NCBI GenBank assembly: GCA_041688005.1
Contig: JBDNJA010000036.1
Location: 1-52,596 of the forward strand
Reading direction: 5' to 3'
DNA length: 52,596 nucleotides
From: Gammaproteobacteria bacterium
Lineage (GTDB): Bacteria > Pseudomonadota > Gammaproteobacteria > GCA-001735895
Position 1 is the first letter of the stretch; every line of letters begins with the position of its first letter. The translations under genes and the position numbers were made by a program. Positions 29,752 through 40,797 of the stretch are shown here, piece by piece. The notes beneath the pieces are model-generated. The model was given only the letters and a program-made list of their open reading frames with translations. It did no database searches and was not told where the DNA came from.

Positions 29752-30569
29752 ATCAACAACTTTGTTTTATCGGCGGCGGCAACATGGCTAGCAGCCTAAT
29801 TGAAGGATTGATTGGCAACGATTATCTAGCAGCCAATATCACTGTGAGTGACTTAAACCAAGACCAGCTCACCCGCCTTTCTCAAGCATTCGACATAAAA
29901 ACCACCACCGATTCCGCGCAGGCCTGCACCACAGCCGACATTATCGTGCTTGCGGTAAAACCTCAGGTTTTGCAGGCTGTTTGCGAACAAATAGTTAGCA
30001 GCAACACAAAACCCGAATGCCTTTTTATTAGCATCGCAGCTGGTATTCGCGAAAGCGACATCAATCGCTGGTTGGGTGGCAATCGAAGCATCGTGCGCTG
30101 CATGCCCAATACACCCGCACTGGTGCAACTGGGTGCCACAGGAATATTTGCCAATACTCAGGTTAACGCAACACAAAAACAAACGGCGCAAACCATTCTC
30201 GATGCAGTTGGCATTTCGGTCTGGGTTGAAAAGGAAGACAATCTCGATGCCGTCACCGCGATATCTGGCAGTGGGCCAGCCTACTTTTTTTACTTTATCG
30301 AACTTTTGCAAGAGGCGGCCGAAAAGTTGGGGTTACCGCCCGAGACTGCAAAAGCGCTTGCACAACAAACCGCGCTCGGTGCAGCTTCGATGGCTCAGGG
30401 TAAAGATGCAGCCGAACTTCGTGCTCAGGTCACCTCTAAGAATGGCACCACCGAACAGGCTATTTTATCGTTTCAAAAAGATAACCTGGCTTCGTTAGTC
30501 GACAATGCGACACAAGCCGCTCATGATCGATCGGTCGAACTCGCAAGCGAACTGTCGGGTCGTCCGTAA
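29748..30569 (+). CDS. proC: pyrroline-5-carboxylate reductase
   Basis: FIGGGNMA, LAVKPQ, RCMPNTP, SGSGPAY, VTSKNGTT. Confidence 0.96.
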   Translation: MNQQLCFIGGGNMASSLIEGLIGNDYLAANITVSDLNQDQLTRLSQAFDIKTTTDSAQACTTADIIVLAVKPQVLQAVCEQIVSSNTKPECLFISIAAGIRESDINRWLGGNRSIVRCMPNTPALVQLGATGIFANTQVNATQKQTAQTILDAVGISVWVEKEDNLDAVTAISGSGPAYFFYFIELLQEAAEKLGLPPETAKALAQQTALGAASMAQGKDAAELRAQVTSKNGTTEQAILSFQKDNLASLVDNATQAAHDRSVELASELSGRP

Positions 30570-30642
30570 TTGTCACACTGGCTATTTTTTCTAAACTAAC
30601 ATTTAGAATTAACCATCTAAAATACTAATCTAAAATACTAAA

Positions 30643-31260
30643 ATGAGTCTCAATATGGGTTCTAATTACTTTACCTCACCACTCGCATTCATCATTACAA
30701 CGCTATTTGATTTGTATATTTTGCTGGTGCTGTTGCGGTTTATCCTGCAAATGCTGCGGGCTGATTTCTACAATACGGTGTCACAGTTTATTGTCAAAAT
30801 GACCACACCACCACTGAAAGTATTGCGTCGTTTCATACCCAGCATGCTAGGTCAGGACGCCGCCGCAATCGTGCTATGCCTTCTGATCATCTACGCCAAA
30901 TTCGTACTGTTACGCGTACTCGACATACCGGTTGTCGCCATCGCTGACGTGGCTGTGCCGATTGGCGCAGTAAGCTACGTGGGCCTGTTGATCTATAGCA
31001 TTGCCGATTTAGTTTCGTTATTTATCAGCGTATTTCTGGTTGCGTCCATCATTCAGGTCGTCCTCAGCTGGATCAATCCAGGGCAATATAATCCAGTTAT
31101 CGGCTTAGTGAATACCATCACCGCACCCATACTGCACCCAATTCAAAAACGCCTCCCACCGATGGGTGGCTTTGACTTCTCGACAATGGTGGCCATTCTG
31201 GCCTTGATGGTAAGCAAAATGCTCATCATCCCGATAATTATCCGCTTAGGGAGCTTTTAA
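30643..31260 (+). CDS. yggT: YggT family membrane protein
   Basis: LRFILQ..RADFYN.VSQF, LSWINP, PPMGGFDFS; yggS-proC-yggT order. Confidence 0.92.
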   Translation: MSLNMGSNYFTSPLAFIITTLFDLYILLVLLRFILQMLRADFYNTVSQFIVKMTTPPLKVLRRFIPSMLGQDAAAIVLCLLIIYAKFVLLRVLDIPVVAIADVAVPIGAVSYVGLLIYSIADLVSLFISVFLVASIIQVVLSWINPGQYNPVIGLVNTITAPILHPIQKRLPPMGGFDFSTMVAILALMVSKMLIIPIIIRLGSF

Positions 31261-31296
31261 AGGTTGCGGGGCAACTAATAAAACTCGATACACAAC

Positions 31297-31333
31297 GTAG
31301 GGCGCAATAGCCGTCCCGACGGCGTATTGCGCC
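31297..31333 (+). repeat. GTAG REP, left member of an inverted pair
   Basis: GTAGGGCGCAATAGCCGTCCCGACGGCGTATTGCGCC hairpin. Confidence 0.75.
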
Positions 31334-31362
31334 GCATGCCTTAGAAATTCGCACCAAACTCA

Positions 31363-31568
31363 AGGGCGCCTCTAAAAATAGTGATTTTTTCGTGACTGTT
31401 TTTTGCTCCTGCAAAAACAGCATACATGCCATCCATGGCAATAAGTGCAAGGAAGTACCGCGCGGAGAACCGCAGTGTACGTTAAGTACATGAGGATCGA
31501 CCGGGCTGGCGCACCAGCACGGAGCTGACGCCGCAATCGCGGAAAAAGTGCATTTTTAGAGATGCCCT
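31363..31568. mobile_element. MITE family A copy A4 (206 bp, lacks the U modules)
   Basis: Ends AGGGCGCCTCTAAAAAT / ATTTTTAGAGATGCCCT, duplication CA/CA; sits inside a REP doublet. Confidence 0.9.
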
Positions 31569-31624
31569 CAGCAATATTGGTAGTTAGTTGTAAATCATTA
31601 GCCCCATAATCATCTGTTTCATTC

Positions 31625-31656
31625 GGCGCAATACGCTCCCGCTATTGACGCCCTAC
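31625..31656 (-). repeat. GTAG REP, right (inverted) member of the pair
   Basis: GGCGCAATACGCTCCCGCTATTGACGCCCTAC. Confidence 0.75.
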
Positions 31657-31743
31657 GTTTTACGCTAGTTAATACTCACTCAAGTCAAATACTGAGCTCA
31701 CCAGTTTTGACTCTTTTTTTCTCAAAATTAAAGGCGACATTTT

Positions 31744-34296
31744 TTGATCCAACTCGGATTACCTGTTGAAGATTGTTTAGACCCACTCAAACAATGCCTG
31801 TCTGAGCGCAATGAAGCTGTGCTCGAAGCGCCGCCGGGTGCCGGAAAAACAACTCTGGTGCCACTCGCACTATTGGACGAGGCCTGGTTGTCGGGTAAAA
31901 AAATCCTTATGCTCGAACCACGCCGAATCGCTACCAAATCAGCGGCATACCGAATGGCAAGCCTGATCAATGAGTCACCTGGCCAAACCGTTGGCTACCG
32001 TATGCGACTCGATACCAAGGTTAGCAGGCAGACCAGGATCGAAGTCATCACCGAAGGCATACTGACTCGAATGCTTCAACAAGATCCATCGCTTGAAGAT
32101 TTTGGGCTGGTAATATTTGACGAATTTCACGAGCGCAACCTGGATTCTGATCTGGCGCTGAGTTTATGCCTGAAGGGCCGAACGCTTTTTCGAGATGAGC
32201 AGTCTCCGCTAAAGATTTTGATCATGTCGGCAACGCTCGATAGTCAGGCTATCGCCCAATTATTAGATAATGCCCCCATTGTTAGCAGTGAGGGCAAGTC
32301 TTATCCTGTCGATATTAATTATGGACGTGCCAGCCAGCCAAAAGAACGCATAGTCGATCGCATGGTGACGACAATCAAGCAGGCACTGCTAGACAATCCA
32401 CAGAGTAGTTTGCTCGCTTTTTTACCCGGACAGGGAGAAATACACCGAGTTGCCGAGGCATTATCAAGCTGGTTAATCGAGAGTAAGATAAGCCATATTC
32501 ACCTTCGGCCATTATTTGGCAATCTATCGATCGACGCGCAACAGGCCGCTATCGCGCCATTGTCGGGTTATGCCAGCGGCGATCAAAAAGTAGTGATCGC
32601 GACTAATATTGCCGAAACCAGCCTGACCATTGAAGGTATTGATATTGTGGTTGACTCGGGTCTGGCTCGTGTTTCTAAATTCAATCCATCGACCGGTATG
32701 ACTGGCCTGCATACTGTGAAAATTTCGAAATCATCTAGTGTTCAACGGGCTGGACGAGCGGGTAGATTGGGGCCAGGCCAATGTTATCGGCTCTGGTCAG
32801 CCGAACAACAAAAGCAACTAGTACCGCACATCCCTGCCGAAATACTCAATGCCGACCTGGCGCCACTCGCGATGCAATTATTGCAATGGGGTGTCGATGG
32901 CCCGACCGAACTGAAATGGCTCGACCCACCACCCAGAGGCCCCTGGTTACAAGCCATCGACTTACTTGAATTACTTGGCGCCATTGAATCCAAATCGAAT
33001 AGCTGGGTACTCACGGTACATGGTCAGGCCATGGCATCGTTACCCTTGCATCCAAGGCTTGCTCACCTGCTGTTGTGTGGTGTCAATATTGGTTACTCGA
33101 AAAAAGCGGGGCTGTTAGCTAGCCTGCTATCTGATCCCGACCCTTTTAGTCAGGACAATCCAGACATTAGCCATCGACTTGATATTTTATCAGGCGATTC
33201 AAGTTGCCCACGACAACATCAGGGCTGGCTACATCGAACCCAGCAACAAGCGCAGCAGTTCGCACAACAAGTTAACAAGCTCGATCGTAAACCTAACTCA
33301 CTCACCTTCTTAGTCAAAGCGGATCAACTCGTCGGCTACCTACTCGCCTGTGCCTATCCTGATCGTATCGCGCGCGTTCGTCACTCGGGAGGCTATCAAC
33401 TCGCCAACGGTCGCAGCGCCAGTTTTTTTGGACAACCGAATTTAGCCAAAAGCCACTGGTTGGCTGTCTCTGAAGTATCGAGTATTGTGGGCGGCAAGGG
33501 AGACACCATCCGTTCCGCGACTGCACTCGACGAGGCTCTTTTTGATACCGCACTCAATCATTTGGTTAGTACCGAAGCCATTGCGCAATGGGATAAAAAA
33601 ACCAATCGCTTCATTGCCGAAAATCAAACCCGAATAAGCCAGCTCGTATTGCACAAAACCGCACTGGATCGAGTCCCGGCAGAGGCAAAAAGAAAAGCAC
33701 TGTGTCTTCATATTCAAAAACAGGGATTGGCTCTACTGCCCTGGACAGCAGAGCTGGGACAATGGTGCGCGAGAATCTCTTTGCTAGGCTCGGTAGAAAC
33801 CGATCAAGGTTGGCCGGATGTTAGCCACACCAGATTACTAGCATCGATAGAAACCTGGCTAGCGCCTTATCTGAATGACGTTAACCTATTGCAGGATTTC
33901 AAAAAGCTTAATTTAAAATACATTTTGAACGCCCTGCTACCCTACCAAAAACAACAGCAACTCAATCAACTCGCACCGCAACGACTCACCGTGCCATCTG
34001 GCTCATCTATCGCCATCAACTACCTAGAGTCGCCACCGGTGCTGGCGGTCAAACTACAGGAAATGTTTGGTTATGAACAAAGCCCTGCCGTAGTCGATGG
34101 TAAGGTGCCATTAGTCGTGCACTTACTCAGCCCGGCTGGCCGACCGCTTCAAATTACACAGGACCTCGCAGGCTTCTGGCGCTCGTCGTATCACGACGTA
34201 AAAAAGGAAATGAAAGGTCGCTATCCAAAACACCCGTGGCCTGAAGATCCGTTAGTAGCCATTGCGACACGAAAAACGAAACGTCGCTTAAGCTAG
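31744..34296 (+). CDS. hrpB: ATP-dependent RNA helicase HrpB
   Basis: APPGAGKTT, DEFHER, MSAT, ATNIAETSLT, QRAGRAGR, MKGRYPKHPWP. Confidence 0.96.
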   Translation: MIQLGLPVEDCLDPLKQCLSERNEAVLEAPPGAGKTTLVPLALLDEAWLSGKKILMLEPRRIATKSAAYRMASLINESPGQTVGYRMRLDTKVSRQTRIEVITEGILTRMLQQDPSLEDFGLVIFDEFHERNLDSDLALSLCLKGRTLFRDEQSPLKILIMSATLDSQAIAQLLDNAPIVSSEGKSYPVDINYGRASQPKERIVDRMVTTIKQALLDNPQSSLLAFLPGQGEIHRVAEALSSWLIESKISHIHLRPLFGNLSIDAQQAAIAPLSGYASGDQKVVIATNIAETSLTIEGIDIVVDSGLARVSKFNPSTGMTGLHTVKISKSSSVQRAGRAGRLGPGQCYRLWSAEQQKQLVPHIPAEILNADLAPLAMQLLQWGVDGPTELKWLDPPPRGPWLQAIDLLELLGAIESKSNSWVLTVHGQAMASLPLHPRLAHLLLCGVNIGYSKKAGLLASLLSDPDPFSQDNPDISHRLDILSGDSSCPRQHQGWLHRTQQQAQQFAQQVNKLDRKPNSLTFLVKADQLVGYLLACAYPDRIARVRHSGGYQLANGRSASFFGQPNLAKSHWLAVSEVSSIVGGKGDTIRSATALDEALFDTALNHLVSTEAIAQWDKKTNRFIAENQTRISQLVLHKTALDRVPAEAKRKALCLHIQKQGLALLPWTAELGQWCARISLLGSVETDQGWPDVSHTRLLASIETWLAPYLNDVNLLQDFKKLNLKYILNALLPYQKQQQLNQLAPQRLTVPSGSSIAINYLESPPVLAVKLQEMFGYEQSPAVVDGKVPLVVHLLSPAGRPLQITQDLAGFWRSSYHDVKKEMKGRYPKHPWPEDPLVAIATRKTKRRLS

Positions 34297-34312
34297 GAAT
34301 CTGTCGGACTTA
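34296..34312. repeat. solo TIR of MITE family B at the hrpB stop
   Basis: CTAG-GAATCTGTCGGACTTA matches the B TIR; the CTAG contains the hrpB TAG. Confidence 0.6.
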
Positions 34313-34392
34313 AGTGCCAGAAAAGAGATAATTAACATACAATACAGGTAACTATTCTCTGCGCCTACTCGCAGTAAAAATCGGAATCTATT

Positions 34393-34959
34393 ATGCCAAA
34401 AGCAAGTGAACTAAAAAAAGGGCAAGTCATTGATATTAATAACACGCCTCATGCTGTTAAAACTATCGACTGTAAAAGCCCTTCTTCTCGGGGTGCATCG
34501 ACAATATATAAAATACGTTATAACAATCTAGTCACTAGGCAAAAACTAGACGAGTCTTACAAAGCCGATGAGATGCTTAAGGAAGCTGACTGTCAAAAGG
34601 TTAGAGTGCAATACTCTTATCTTGATGGCGACAGTGTTGTTTTTATGGACATCGAAGATTACAGTCAGTACAACTTGTCATTAGACGACCTTGGAGAGGA
34701 TTTCCTTTATATTACCGAGGGGCTGGAGGGCATAACTGCTCTGCTGTCAGACGACAAGGTGCTAGGCGTAGAATTACCGCAGGTAGTCGAAATGGAAATA
34801 ATAGAAACCGACCCTAGTATCAAAGGCGCTTCAGCAACCAGTAGAACCAAACCTGCCAGATTAGTGACTGGCCTTGAAATTCAGGTGCCCGAATATTTAA
34901 GTGCAGGGGAAGTTGTTAAAATTAATACCACGACTGGGAAGTTTATGTCGCGAGCGTAG
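34393..34959 (+). CDS. yeiP: elongation factor P-like protein EfpL (YeiP)
   Basis: MPKASELKKG, loop KSPSSRGA (Arg tip rather than the PGKG of EF-P), KGASAT.RTKPA. Confidence 0.9.
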   Translation: MPKASELKKGQVIDINNTPHAVKTIDCKSPSSRGASTIYKIRYNNLVTRQKLDESYKADEMLKEADCQKVRVQYSYLDGDSVVFMDIEDYSQYNLSLDDLGEDFLYITEGLEGITALLSDDKVLGVELPQVVEMEIIETDPSIKGASATSRTKPARLVTGLEIQVPEYLSAGEVVKINTTTGKFMSRA

Positions 34960-34988
34960 AAACTGATAAGCCTCAGGCGCCATCAGGC
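34956..34988 (+). repeat. GTAG REP overlapping the yeiP stop
   Basis: GTAGAAACTGATAAGCCTCAGGCGCCATCAGGC, same family as 575-606. Confidence 0.6.
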
Positions 34989-35120
34989 GGCCTCAGGCAC
35001 GAACGTTCTGACTATTCCAAATAAACAAAAATCACTCTCGTAACAAGCTGTTGGACGAGAGCGGGTTATTGGGCGCTCCGCATTGAGAGCGATACATGGA
35101 GAGTAATCCATTGAGAGTTC

Positions 35121-35165
35121 GCCGGAAGGCGCTTCGCTTTTTCGGCCTACGCTTTTCCGACCTAC
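35121..35165 (-). repeat. GTAG REP with a partial tandem duplicate
   Basis: GCCGGAAGGCGCTTCGCTTTTTCGGCCTAC followed by GCTTTTCCGACCTAC. Confidence 0.6.
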
Positions 35166-35292
35166 GTTTTATCAGCCTCACCTGCAATAACAGGCGCCTT
35201 GGGTTCGAGCCTGAACTAATGCAGATAAATAACTAATTTAGATGTAAAATCGTGCGCTTTTAGTCCTTCTATATAATGAGCAACTTGCAGCC

Positions 35293-36843
35293 TTGTCTAG
35301 CCTACTAAAATCAACGCTTTCGGTCGGGTCGATGACGTTTTTATCGCGCCTGTTAGGGCTTGCCAGAGACATTGTGATTGCACGGTTTTTCTCTGCGGGT
35401 GATGAAGCAGACGCTTTCTTCGTCGCTTTTAAAATTCCGAATTTTCTACGCCGGTTATTCGCCGAAGGTGCTTTTTCATTGGCCTTTGTGCCGGTGCTGA
35501 CTGAGTATCGTAATCAATTTACGCCAGCCGAAACCCGAGACTTGATCGATCGGGTGGCGGGTACGCTGGGCGGCATTTTGCTGGTGCTAAGCTTGATCGG
35601 TGTTGTCGCATCGCCTGCCGTCATTAGCATTGTTGCGGCTGGCTTTATCGACCAGCCAGGCAAGTTTCAACTCACGTCGGATATGCTTCGCATCACCTTT
35701 CCTTATATTCTGTTCATTTCGATGACTGGCATGGCGGCTGGAATTTTGAATACCTGGAAGCACTTTGCGGTGCCTGCATTTACGCCTGTTTTGCTTAATG
35801 TGAGCATGATTAGCTGCGTAGTCTGGCTCAGCCCACTACTCGATGCGCCTATCACCGCACTGGCTTGGGGTGTGTTTATCGCGGGTATTTTGCAACTGTC
35901 GTTCCAGTTGCCATTTTTATATCGCGAAGGTTTGCTACCCCGGCCAAAGTGGGGATGGCGTCATGCTGGTGTGCAAAAAATCATCAAACTGATGGTCCCT
36001 GCTTTGTTTGGGTCGTCTGTGGCGCAGATCAATTTGTTGTTTGATACCTTTATCGCATCATTTTTGGTGTCGGGTAGTGTGGCTTGGTTGTATTACTCGG
36101 ACAGATTGCTCGAGTTTCCTCTCGGCGTTTTTGGTATTGCTCTAGCGACCGTGGTATTGCCTAACTTGTCCCAGGCCCACTACAAAGAAGGCTCGACGCA
36201 TTTTAACAAAACATTGCAATGGGCCATTCAGCTGTCGCTGGTGATAGCGCTGCCGGCTACGATTGGTTTGTTTTTGCTGGCTCAGCCTATTCTATCGACC
36301 TTATTTCAATACGGCGCTTTCGAGAGCAGTGATTCACTGATGTCGGCTTACAGTTTGATGGCCTATTGCCTGGGCTTGCCTGCCTTCATTTTAATTAAGA
36401 TTCTCGCTAACGGCTTTTATGCGCGCCAGGATACAAAAACACCGGTGCGTATCGGCATTCAATCGATGGTTTTGAATATGGCGCTGAATGTGGTTTTCGT
36501 CGTGTCCATGCTGCAAAACGATTTTATTGCACCTCATGTCGGCCTTGCATTGGCGACCACAACGTCGGCTTATTTCAATGCATTGATGCTCGCAATGAAG
36601 TTAAGGAAAAGCAATATCATCGAGTCTTTTAGCGACTATGGCCTACCACTATTTCGTATTCTGATGGCTTGCTGTGCGATGGCAGTCTTGATTGTTCTAC
36701 TCATGCCCAGCATTGATGCCTGGGCCAACTGGCAATGGTTTGAGCGAACTTATTATTTGGCTCAAATTATCGTCCCAGCTGGCTTGTGTTACGCGCTAAT
36801 GCTTTGGATAATGGGGTTTCGACGGAATCACTTTGTACTTTAG
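35293..36843 (+). CDS. murJ: lipid II flippase MurJ
   Basis: SRLLGLARD, AFKIPNFLRRLFAEGAFS, DRLLEFPLG, FYARQDTKTP. Confidence 0.97.
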   Translation: MSSLLKSTLSVGSMTFLSRLLGLARDIVIARFFSAGDEADAFFVAFKIPNFLRRLFAEGAFSLAFVPVLTEYRNQFTPAETRDLIDRVAGTLGGILLVLSLIGVVASPAVISIVAAGFIDQPGKFQLTSDMLRITFPYILFISMTGMAAGILNTWKHFAVPAFTPVLLNVSMISCVVWLSPLLDAPITALAWGVFIAGILQLSFQLPFLYREGLLPRPKWGWRHAGVQKIIKLMVPALFGSSVAQINLLFDTFIASFLVSGSVAWLYYSDRLLEFPLGVFGIALATVVLPNLSQAHYKEGSTHFNKTLQWAIQLSLVIALPATIGLFLLAQPILSTLFQYGAFESSDSLMSAYSLMAYCLGLPAFILIKILANGFYARQDTKTPVRIGIQSMVLNMALNVVFVVSMLQNDFIAPHVGLALATTTSAYFNALMLAMKLRKSNIIESFSDYGLPLFRILMACCAMAVLIVLLMPSIDAWANWQWFERTYYLAQIIVPAGLCYALMLWIMGFRRNHFVL

Positions 36844-36863
36844 GGCGTCTAAAAATGCACTTT
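36842..36863. repeat. solo end of MITE family A at the murJ stop
   Basis: AGGGCGTCTAAAAATGCACTTT; the murJ TAG uses its first two bases. Confidence 0.65.
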
Positions 36864-36915
36864 AGATTTACGATTCATCTATTCTTCAATATATAAGCTT
36901 TAGTAACTCATTCAC

Positions 36916-37848
36916 ATGCAACTTATCCGTGGTTTACACAACCTGACTCAGACTTTACCGCCTAGCGCGGTGACTATTGGCAATTTTGATGGTATTCATT
37001 TAGGGCATCAGCAGGTTTTGCAACAGCTCAAAACCATTGCCGATAAAAGCACCCTATGCTCGGCGGTGATTATTTTTGAGCCACAGCCAATCGAATTTTT
37101 TGCGCCGGACAAGGCTCCTAAGAGACTGGCTCGATTCCGTGAGAAAATAGCTTATTTAAAATCACAGGAAATTGATTACCTGCTGTGCCTTAAATTCGAC
37201 CAGCCATTTTCGGAACTCAGTGCTGAACAATTCGTGCGGGACTTGCTGGTGAATCGAATGAGTACTCGTCATCTCGTCATCGGTGATGATTTCCGATTTG
37301 GCAAAAAACGAAGCGGTGACTTCGAATCATTACTAAGCTATGGCAAACAATACGGCTTCGAGGTGGATAATACCGAGACCCTCTTGTTTGATGGCGTCCG
37401 CGTGAGCAGTACCCGTATTCGGGAGCGCATTCAAAACGATGACTTTACACTTGCCGCCGCCTTGCTCGGACGACCTTATTCGCTATCAGGCAAGGTGTCA
37501 CACGGCCAAAAACTAGGCCGTCAGCTCGGATTCCCGACAATTAACATCAAAATGGGCAGCAAAACCCTGATAGTTAAAGGAATATTTGCGGTAATGGTGA
37601 AAGGTATAGATAATCGCGTGTTGCGAGGCGTGGCAAGCTTAGGCACACGCCCAACAGTGAACGGCGTCGACTCGATTCTGGAAGTTTATATACTCGATTT
37701 CGACCAGGACGTTTACGGCTATAGCGTCGAGGTTGATTTTTTACATAAGATCAGAGACGAGAAAAAATTCGATTCACTAGAAGAATTGAAGGTCAATATC
37801 GAACAGGACATCGTTTTGGCCAAGCAGTATTTTGCACAACTGACCTGA
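36916..37848 (+). CDS. ribF: riboflavin kinase/FAD synthetase
   Basis: TIGNFDGIHLGH, GDDFRFG, VSSTRIR, GFPTIN, GTRPT. Confidence 0.96.
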   Translation: MQLIRGLHNLTQTLPPSAVTIGNFDGIHLGHQQVLQQLKTIADKSTLCSAVIIFEPQPIEFFAPDKAPKRLARFREKIAYLKSQEIDYLLCLKFDQPFSELSAEQFVRDLLVNRMSTRHLVIGDDFRFGKKRSGDFESLLSYGKQYGFEVDNTETLLFDGVRVSSTRIRERIQNDDFTLAAALLGRPYSLSGKVSHGQKLGRQLGFPTINIKMGSKTLIVKGIFAVMVKGIDNRVLRGVASLGTRPTVNGVDSILEVYILDFDQDVYGYSVEVDFLHKIRDEKKFDSLEELKVNIEQDIVLAKQYFAQLT

Positions 37849-37917
37849 ATTAGCAGGCCAAGGCATTAAGGCCTTAGGTCTAAAATTATTAACTGGTAAC
37901 TGGCAACTGGAATTTTT

Positions 37918-40797
37918 GTGACCGACTACAAACACACGCTCAACCTACCCGACACAGCATTTCCAATGCGTGGAAACCTTGCGAATCGTGAACCTGATCG
38001 TTTGCAAAACTGGCAGGATAAAAATCTTTACCAGAAAATTCGAACCGCTCGCGTCGGTAAAAAACGCTACATTTTGCACGACGGCCCTCCCTACGCTAAT
38101 GGCAGCATTCATATTGGCCATGCGGTTAACAAAATTCTAAAAGACATGATTGTGAAGGCACGCACCTTGAACGGTGAAGATGCCCCTTACGTACCCGGTT
38201 GGGATTGCCATGGTTTGCCTATCGAGCATCAGGTCGAAAAAAACATCGGCAAGGCTGGCGTCAAAGTTGGCGTCGATGAATTCCGCCAGACCTGTCGTGA
38301 ATATGCTCAGAAGCAAATCGAAAATCAAAAAATCGACTTTGTTCGACTGGGCATACTCGGTGAATGGGACAAGCCGTACCTGACAATGAATTACGATACC
38401 GAGGCGAACATCGTGCGCTCGCTCGGCAAGATTATCGAAAATGGTCATTTGCTAAAAGGTGACAAACCTGTTCACTGGTGTACCGATTGCGGCTCTGCTT
38501 TGGCCGAGGCTGAAGTTGATTACAAAGATAAGGTATCACCTGCGATTGATGTGAAGTTTCCAGTTATCGATAAAGCTGCATTTCTGGGCGCGCTAACGGG
38601 TGGCACAGCAACAAACCTTGGCGAAGGGCCTTTGTCGGTTGTTATCTGGACGACCACACCCTGGACATTACCGGCTAATTTAGCCGTTTCCTTAAACCCT
38701 AAATTCGACTATGTTGTGGTCCAAGTCAATAGTCACCAGGTTGATAGTGGCCAAGTTGATAGTGAAATGGCAGGCAAAGAATGCATCGTCCTGGCACAGG
38801 ACTTAATGCAGGATGCGCTGGCTCGCTATGGCATCACTGATTATCAAGTGCTCACATCGGGCAAAGGTGAGTCGCTAGATAAGCAACGTCTACAACACCC
38901 CTTTTATGATCGTGAATCACTGGTTGTGACTGGCGATCATGTCACCCTCGAAGCTGGTACAGGTGCTGTCCACACCGCACCAGGTCATGGTCTTGACGAC
39001 TTTATCATCGGCAAGAAATATGGCCTTGATATTTATAACCCGGTCGGTGACAACGGTTGTTTTCTGACTAATACTGAAATCTTTGCGGGCCAACATGTCT
39101 TTAAAGCAAACGATCAGGTAGTCGAAGTTTTAAAACAAAAAAACACCTTAATGCACTTCGAAAAATATCCACACAGCTACCCGCATTGCTGGCGTCATAA
39201 GACACCGATTATCTTCCGTGCTACGCCGCAGTGGTTCATTAGTATGGAACAGGCCGGTTTACGTCAATTAGCGCTAGAAGAAATCAAAAAGGTCAGCTGG
39301 GTACCATCTTGGGGTCAGGCTCGAATCGAAAGCATGATAGATAAACGTCCGGACTGGTGTATTTCTCGACAGCGATACTGGGGCGTACCCATTCCCCTGT
39401 TTGTGCATAAAGAGACTCAAGCATTACATCCGAAAACCGCTGAATTAATCGAGCAAGTGGCTCAGCTTATCGAACAGTCTGGTATCGAGGCCTGGTTTTC
39501 TCTTGGCGCAGAAGAGCTGCTGGGCGATGAAGTCGATCAATACTCAAAAGTCACGGATACGCTTGATGTCTGGTTTGACTCTGGTACCAGTCACTTTAGT
39601 GTTTTGAAACATGATGAGCGCCTGAACTTTCCTGCTGACTTGTATCTTGAAGGATCAGACCAGCATCGCGGGTGGTTCCAGTCGTCGTTACTGACATCCT
39701 GTGCGATGCACGGCGAAGCGCCTTATCGTCAGGTCCTTACTCATGGTTTTACGGTCGACTCGAAGGGATTAAAGATGTCCAAGTCGATTGGCAACGTTAT
39801 AGCCCCTATTAAGGTAACGAATACACTGGGCGCTGATATTTTGCGCTTATGGGTTGCCTCGACCGATTACTCCGGTGAAATGACAATCTCAGATGAAATT
39901 TTAAAGCGCACCGCTGATTCCTATCGTCGCATTCGTAATACGCTGCGTTTTTTGTTGGCCAACACCAATGACTTTAACCCGACTAAGGATACGGTTGCGG
40001 CGGATGATTTGATCGCGCTTGATCGCTGGATAATTGCCCTGACGCTTGAGCTACAAAACGAATTACGTGAATTATTTGATACTTTCCAGTTCCATACTGC
40101 AGTTCAAAAAATTCACCACTTTTGTTCTGAAACATTAGGCGGTATTTACCTTGATATCATTAAAGACCGACAATATACGACCCAAACCGATTCACTGCCA
40201 CGGCGCTCTTGTCAGACAGCGGTCTACCTTGTAACCGAAGCAATGACTCGCTGGATTACACCGATCATGAGCTTTACCGCGGATGAAGTCTGGGAAAACA
40301 TGCCAGGCGACCGTGAAGAACTGGGCGCTTTTACCGCCGAATGGTTTGATGGCCTATCTGAATACAATCATCCGACTATCGATTATGGCACCTGGGACAA
40401 ACTTATTCTGGTTCGTGCTGAAGTATCTAAAACACTGGAAACTTTACGCAAAGATAGTAAGATTGGTGCGGGATTAGATGCCGAAGTCACCATCCTTGCT
40501 GATCAAACTTTACTCGATCAATTACAAACAGTGGAAAATGAGCTTCGATTTATGCTGATCACCTCCGATGCAACTCTGTCTCTGCTAGATGATAGTCACG
40601 CAGCCGATAGTGTCACGATTGGAGAGGAAGGCAATCAGGATCACATTCTGATTCAAGCACAGGCCAGTGAGCATGCAAAGTGCGTACGCTGCTGGCACCA
40701 CAGACCCGAGGTAAGCTCAAACCAGGCACACCCCGAACTGTGTGGACGCTGTATTGAAAATATCGATGGTTCTGGAGAAGATCGTCAATATGCCTAA
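37918..40797 (+). CDS. ileS: isoleucyl-tRNA synthetase (type 1)
   Basis: [27 protein letters not shown]-terminal CVRCW...CGRC zinc finger. Confidence 0.98.
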   Translation: MTDYKHTLNLPDTAFPMRGNLANREPDRLQNWQDKNLYQKIRTARVGKKRYILHDGPPYANGSIHIGHAVNKILKDMIVKARTLNGEDAPYVPGWDCHGLPIEHQVEKNIGKAGVKVGVDEFRQTCREYAQKQIENQKIDFVRLGILGEWDKPYLTMNYDTEANIVRSLGKIIENGHLLKGDKPVHWCTDCGSALAEAEVDYKDKVSPAIDVKFPVIDKAAFLGALTGGTATNLGEGPLSVVIWTTTPWTLPANLAVSLNPKFDYVVVQVNSHQVDSGQVDSEMAGKECIVLAQDLMQDALARYGITDYQVLTSGKGESLDKQRLQHPFYDRESLVVTGDHVTLEAGTGAVHTAPGHGLDDFIIGKKYGLDIYNPVGDNGCFLTNTEIFAGQHVFKANDQVVEVLKQKNTLMHFEKYPHSYPHCWRHKTPIIFRATPQWFISMEQAGLRQLALEEIKKVSWVPSWGQARIESMIDKRPDWCISRQRYWGVPIPLFVHKETQALHPKTAELIEQVAQLIEQSGIEAWFSLGAEELLGDEVDQYSKVTDTLDVWFDSGTSHFSVLKHDERLNFPADLYLEGSDQHRGWFQSSLLTSCAMHGEAPYRQVLTHGFTVDSKGLKMSKSIGNVIAPIKVTNTLGADILRLWVASTDYSGEMTISDEILKRTADSYRRIRNTLRFLLANTNDFNPTKDTVAADDLIALDRWIIALTLELQNELRELFDTFQFHTAVQKIHHFCSETLGGIYLDIIKDRQYTTQTDSLPRRSCQTAVYLVTEAMTRWITPIMSFTADEVWENMPGDREELGAFTAEWFDGLSEYNHPTIDYGTWDKLILVRAEVSKTLETLRKDSKIGAGLDAEVTILADQTLLDQLQTVENELRFMLITSDATLSLLDDSHAADSVTIGEEGNQDHILIQAQASEHAKCVRCWHHRPEVSSNQAHPELCGRCIENIDGSGEDRQYA

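Noticed and set aside
34990-35290. rpsT or an RNA gene upstream of murJ
   Set aside because: No S20-like frame or tRNA fold was seen; only REPs and weak hairpins.
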